Assembly (NCBI GenBank): GCA_012295275.1
Contig: CM022673.1
Span: 3,844,001 to 3,908,000 of the forward strand
Direction of reading: 5' to 3'
Length of the DNA: 64,000 nucleotides
Source: Chrysomallon squamiferum
Taxonomy: Eukaryota > Animalia > Mollusca
Shown here: piece after piece, positions 1-64,000 of the stretch
How positions within the stretch are numbered: the first letter of the stretch is position 1
How the letters are laid out: each line of letters starts with the position of its first letter
Notes under the pieces: model-generated
Database searches by the model: none
The model's input: only the letters and a program-made list of their open reading frames with translations
What the model was told of the DNA's origin: nothing
Made by a program: the position numbers and the translations under genes

Positions 1-464
1 ACAACAGCAACAACAGCAGTAATAATAACAATAATAATCCAATCACCACAGTCTATCTCGTGTGTACGTATTAAACTACGGTTGTTAATCCACATTTTAT
101 AAACTACTCCAATCTGTCAACGTCTGCAGATATGACAGAAATACAGTTCTTTTCTGTTCTTCGTGTGAACTACAGACTTGAAATGTAGTGGAATGGATCG
201 GAATTAATTCTATAACGGTAACATGTCTGGCGGAAGTATAGTGTCATTAAGAACCAGACAGAAGACACAGATGAATGCTATAAAAACGATTAGTTGTTTT
301 TATCGTATTATTTAATATCTGAATGTAAAGTGACGCATCCGATACAGAAAAATGTATAGAGGAGTTTTTACACACGTATCCGTTATACTGGTTCAGAATA
401 CATCTGTCATTCTCAAAAGAACGCGATCGAATCTCGTCAAGAGTACTGTCTAGAAACTTTTCAA

Positions 465-542
<78 letters not shown>

Positions 543-798
543 AAATGTTGTGGTTTTGTTTTGTTTGTTTAGCCTTCAAATTCAGTATCGTTATCACAAA
601 TGCTGAATTTCCACGATCTCCATCCTAGACATACATTGCATTAATAATTGTGATTATCATTACGGGCTTGTTTAGATAATATATGTTAACTGTGTATTGT
701 TTTATTTAACTGTCTGATGTTTTACGTAGCTGTGTATGTCTTTTTTTTTTCTTTTTTTTTTGTAATGAAATTTTGCACTGGTGAAATTCGTGTCTTAC

Positions 799-62460
<61,662 letters not shown>

Positions 62461-62839
62461 CTTTGCAAACCGATTAAAACCAATGGATTTGTTTTACTTC
62501 TTCCTTTTGGGGGCTTCAGGGTTGTTGGTTGTTTTTATTGTTGTTTGTTTGTTTGTGTGTTTTCTCTGTCACCCGTTTAAAAACTGAACTGTTCTTTGGT
62601 GATATACTCGGTGCCCCAGCTACCACAGAACGGCACCCCAATAAAAGAGAAGAATCTATAAACGCGAATGATGATAGCAGCAGTGGTCGATAATTGCCAG
62701 ACGTCAGCTTGCACGAGGTGATCGCGCGTGCTCTGAGCGGAAGCAACATTAGTCCACCTGGATGTTCTGGCGACCAATCAGATGATACTTTAGAGTGTGG
62801 AATAATTCATGTTCAGTTGCCGAGTACGGCTCTGTGAGC
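62461..62839 (-). other. Putative 5'UTR part of the ATG-containing exon
   Basis: Begins after a strong acceptor: branch-like ACTAAC (62868-62873), then the pyrimidine tract TCTTGTTCTCCCCACCTCCATTCCATAG| with AG at 62840-62841. Confidence 0.6.
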
Positions 62840-63405
62840 CTATGGAATGGAGGTGGGGAGAACAAGAGTTAGTGCTTGCATTATTAATTGCAGCCCGACT
62901 TGAAAGCCAGTTCTAAATCCCCACGAGACCATTAGTAAATTGAATTTCATACCGACAATAGAGAAAAGCGTGGTTGCGAGGAAAAAGCGAACTTATAATT
63001 CACTGAGATGCAATTCTTGTGCTATTTTTCCCTGATCTCCAGCCAACGTACAGGGTAGACGAACAAAGCGGAACGTTGTATCGGTCGATATTGCGTTGGC
63101 AGCAGAAAAAGAAAATGTAAAAAAAAAAAAAAAAATTATGATAAAAATTTTTAAATATTTTTTTTTTTTTTTTTACTTGTTTATTGTTAACGGTTTTTCA
63201 TCTGAAGAAATGCCAGAAAAACTCCGTTCCCGGGAGTTTTCATCCTGTTAAATGAACTTTGATTTGGAACATTATTGTTCCTTAACATCGCTTTCAGCCT
63301 GCCAGTTGTGTTTGAGCGCAAAGGGAGTTTATCGATATGAGAAACATAAAATAAACTTGCACGCGCAATAATACATCGGGTACAATTATCCGCGAACCTG
63401 CTTAC

Positions 63406-63460
63406 CTTTAAATTGTGTAACCATGGAAAAAGAAAAAGTCCTCTTCTGAATACTGAACAC
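63406..63460 (-). other. Candidate upstream non-coding exon (5' end uncertain)
   Basis: Consensus donor AAG|GTAAGC at 63405 would make a 566-bp UTR intron (62840-63405); Inr-like TCAGTA near 63451-63456. Confidence 0.4.
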
Positions 63461-64000
63461 AGTCTTTCGTATTCCAGACACTTCGCTGTATTACACACAT
63501 TAATACTTTCTTCTTTCTTCTTTTTTCTTCTTCTTTTTTTTTTTTCTCATTTATTTTTATTATTTCGTCATCACCGAGTCATTAAAACTTTGTGTCCTCT
63601 CTTTGAAAACACAGTTGATTACTTTTAATTCACTTTTTCACAAATTTAATGAAATACATTTTTATCGTCTTTCATTTATTGTCAGGGATAATTGAGAATA
63701 TATATTTTTTTTTTTTTTTGTCATTTTTATTTTTTTTTTCATTCTGAATATATATCAAATAAAATTCACCTTAAAAGTTGTTTTCATTCTAAAATCTGAA
63801 ATGTTGTAATTTTAATTGAAAAACAGTATGACTTATTGTCACAAATCGCCTTAAGTAAAACGTGTGGATGTCTTTTGATAAATCTCTTTGTGTGTTCTGA
63901 TTAACATAATACAGCATTCCAGTGACGACACGATGATTGTGACATTTTCTAAATGAGTACATCGACTTGACGACGTCAGTGTGAGGCAATCTGAAAAGCG

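Noticed and set aside
1-798. VGLUT exon 11 (expected FNVNHLDIAPRYA-like)
   Set aside because: Not found in this interval; it must lie outside the window.

Overview
AT-rich, microsatellite-saturated animal genomic DNA, probably a lophotrochozoan and possibly a gastropod (inferred from repeat content). Almost all ORFs in the supplied track are artefacts of simple repeats. The real content is one minus-strand gene, a vesicular glutamate transporter (VGLUT, SLC17A6/7/8 / eat-4 family). I reconstructed coding exons 1-10 by hand with GT-AG boundaries: 62372-62460, 14502-14793, 13807-13925, 13087-13201, 12768-12855, 10558-10644, 6580-6715, 5004-5153, 4288-4417 and 799-909. The last exons lie left of the window. 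Intron 1 is 47,578 bp. Notable points: (1) exon 7 is 1 nt short, with a frameshift at a T5 run (6627-6631) that gives a premature stop, most likely an assembly error; (2) the first luminal loop carries an EF-hand-like motif, DLNGDGIISSND; (3) the N-terminus resembles vertebrate VGLUT3; (4) the 5'UTR appears spliced and contains two uORFs; (5) intron 1 holds clustered E-box, CRE and X-box-like motifs and a tiny TTAA-CCC...GGG-TTAA piggyBac-like element. I found no convincing multi-gene novel system.
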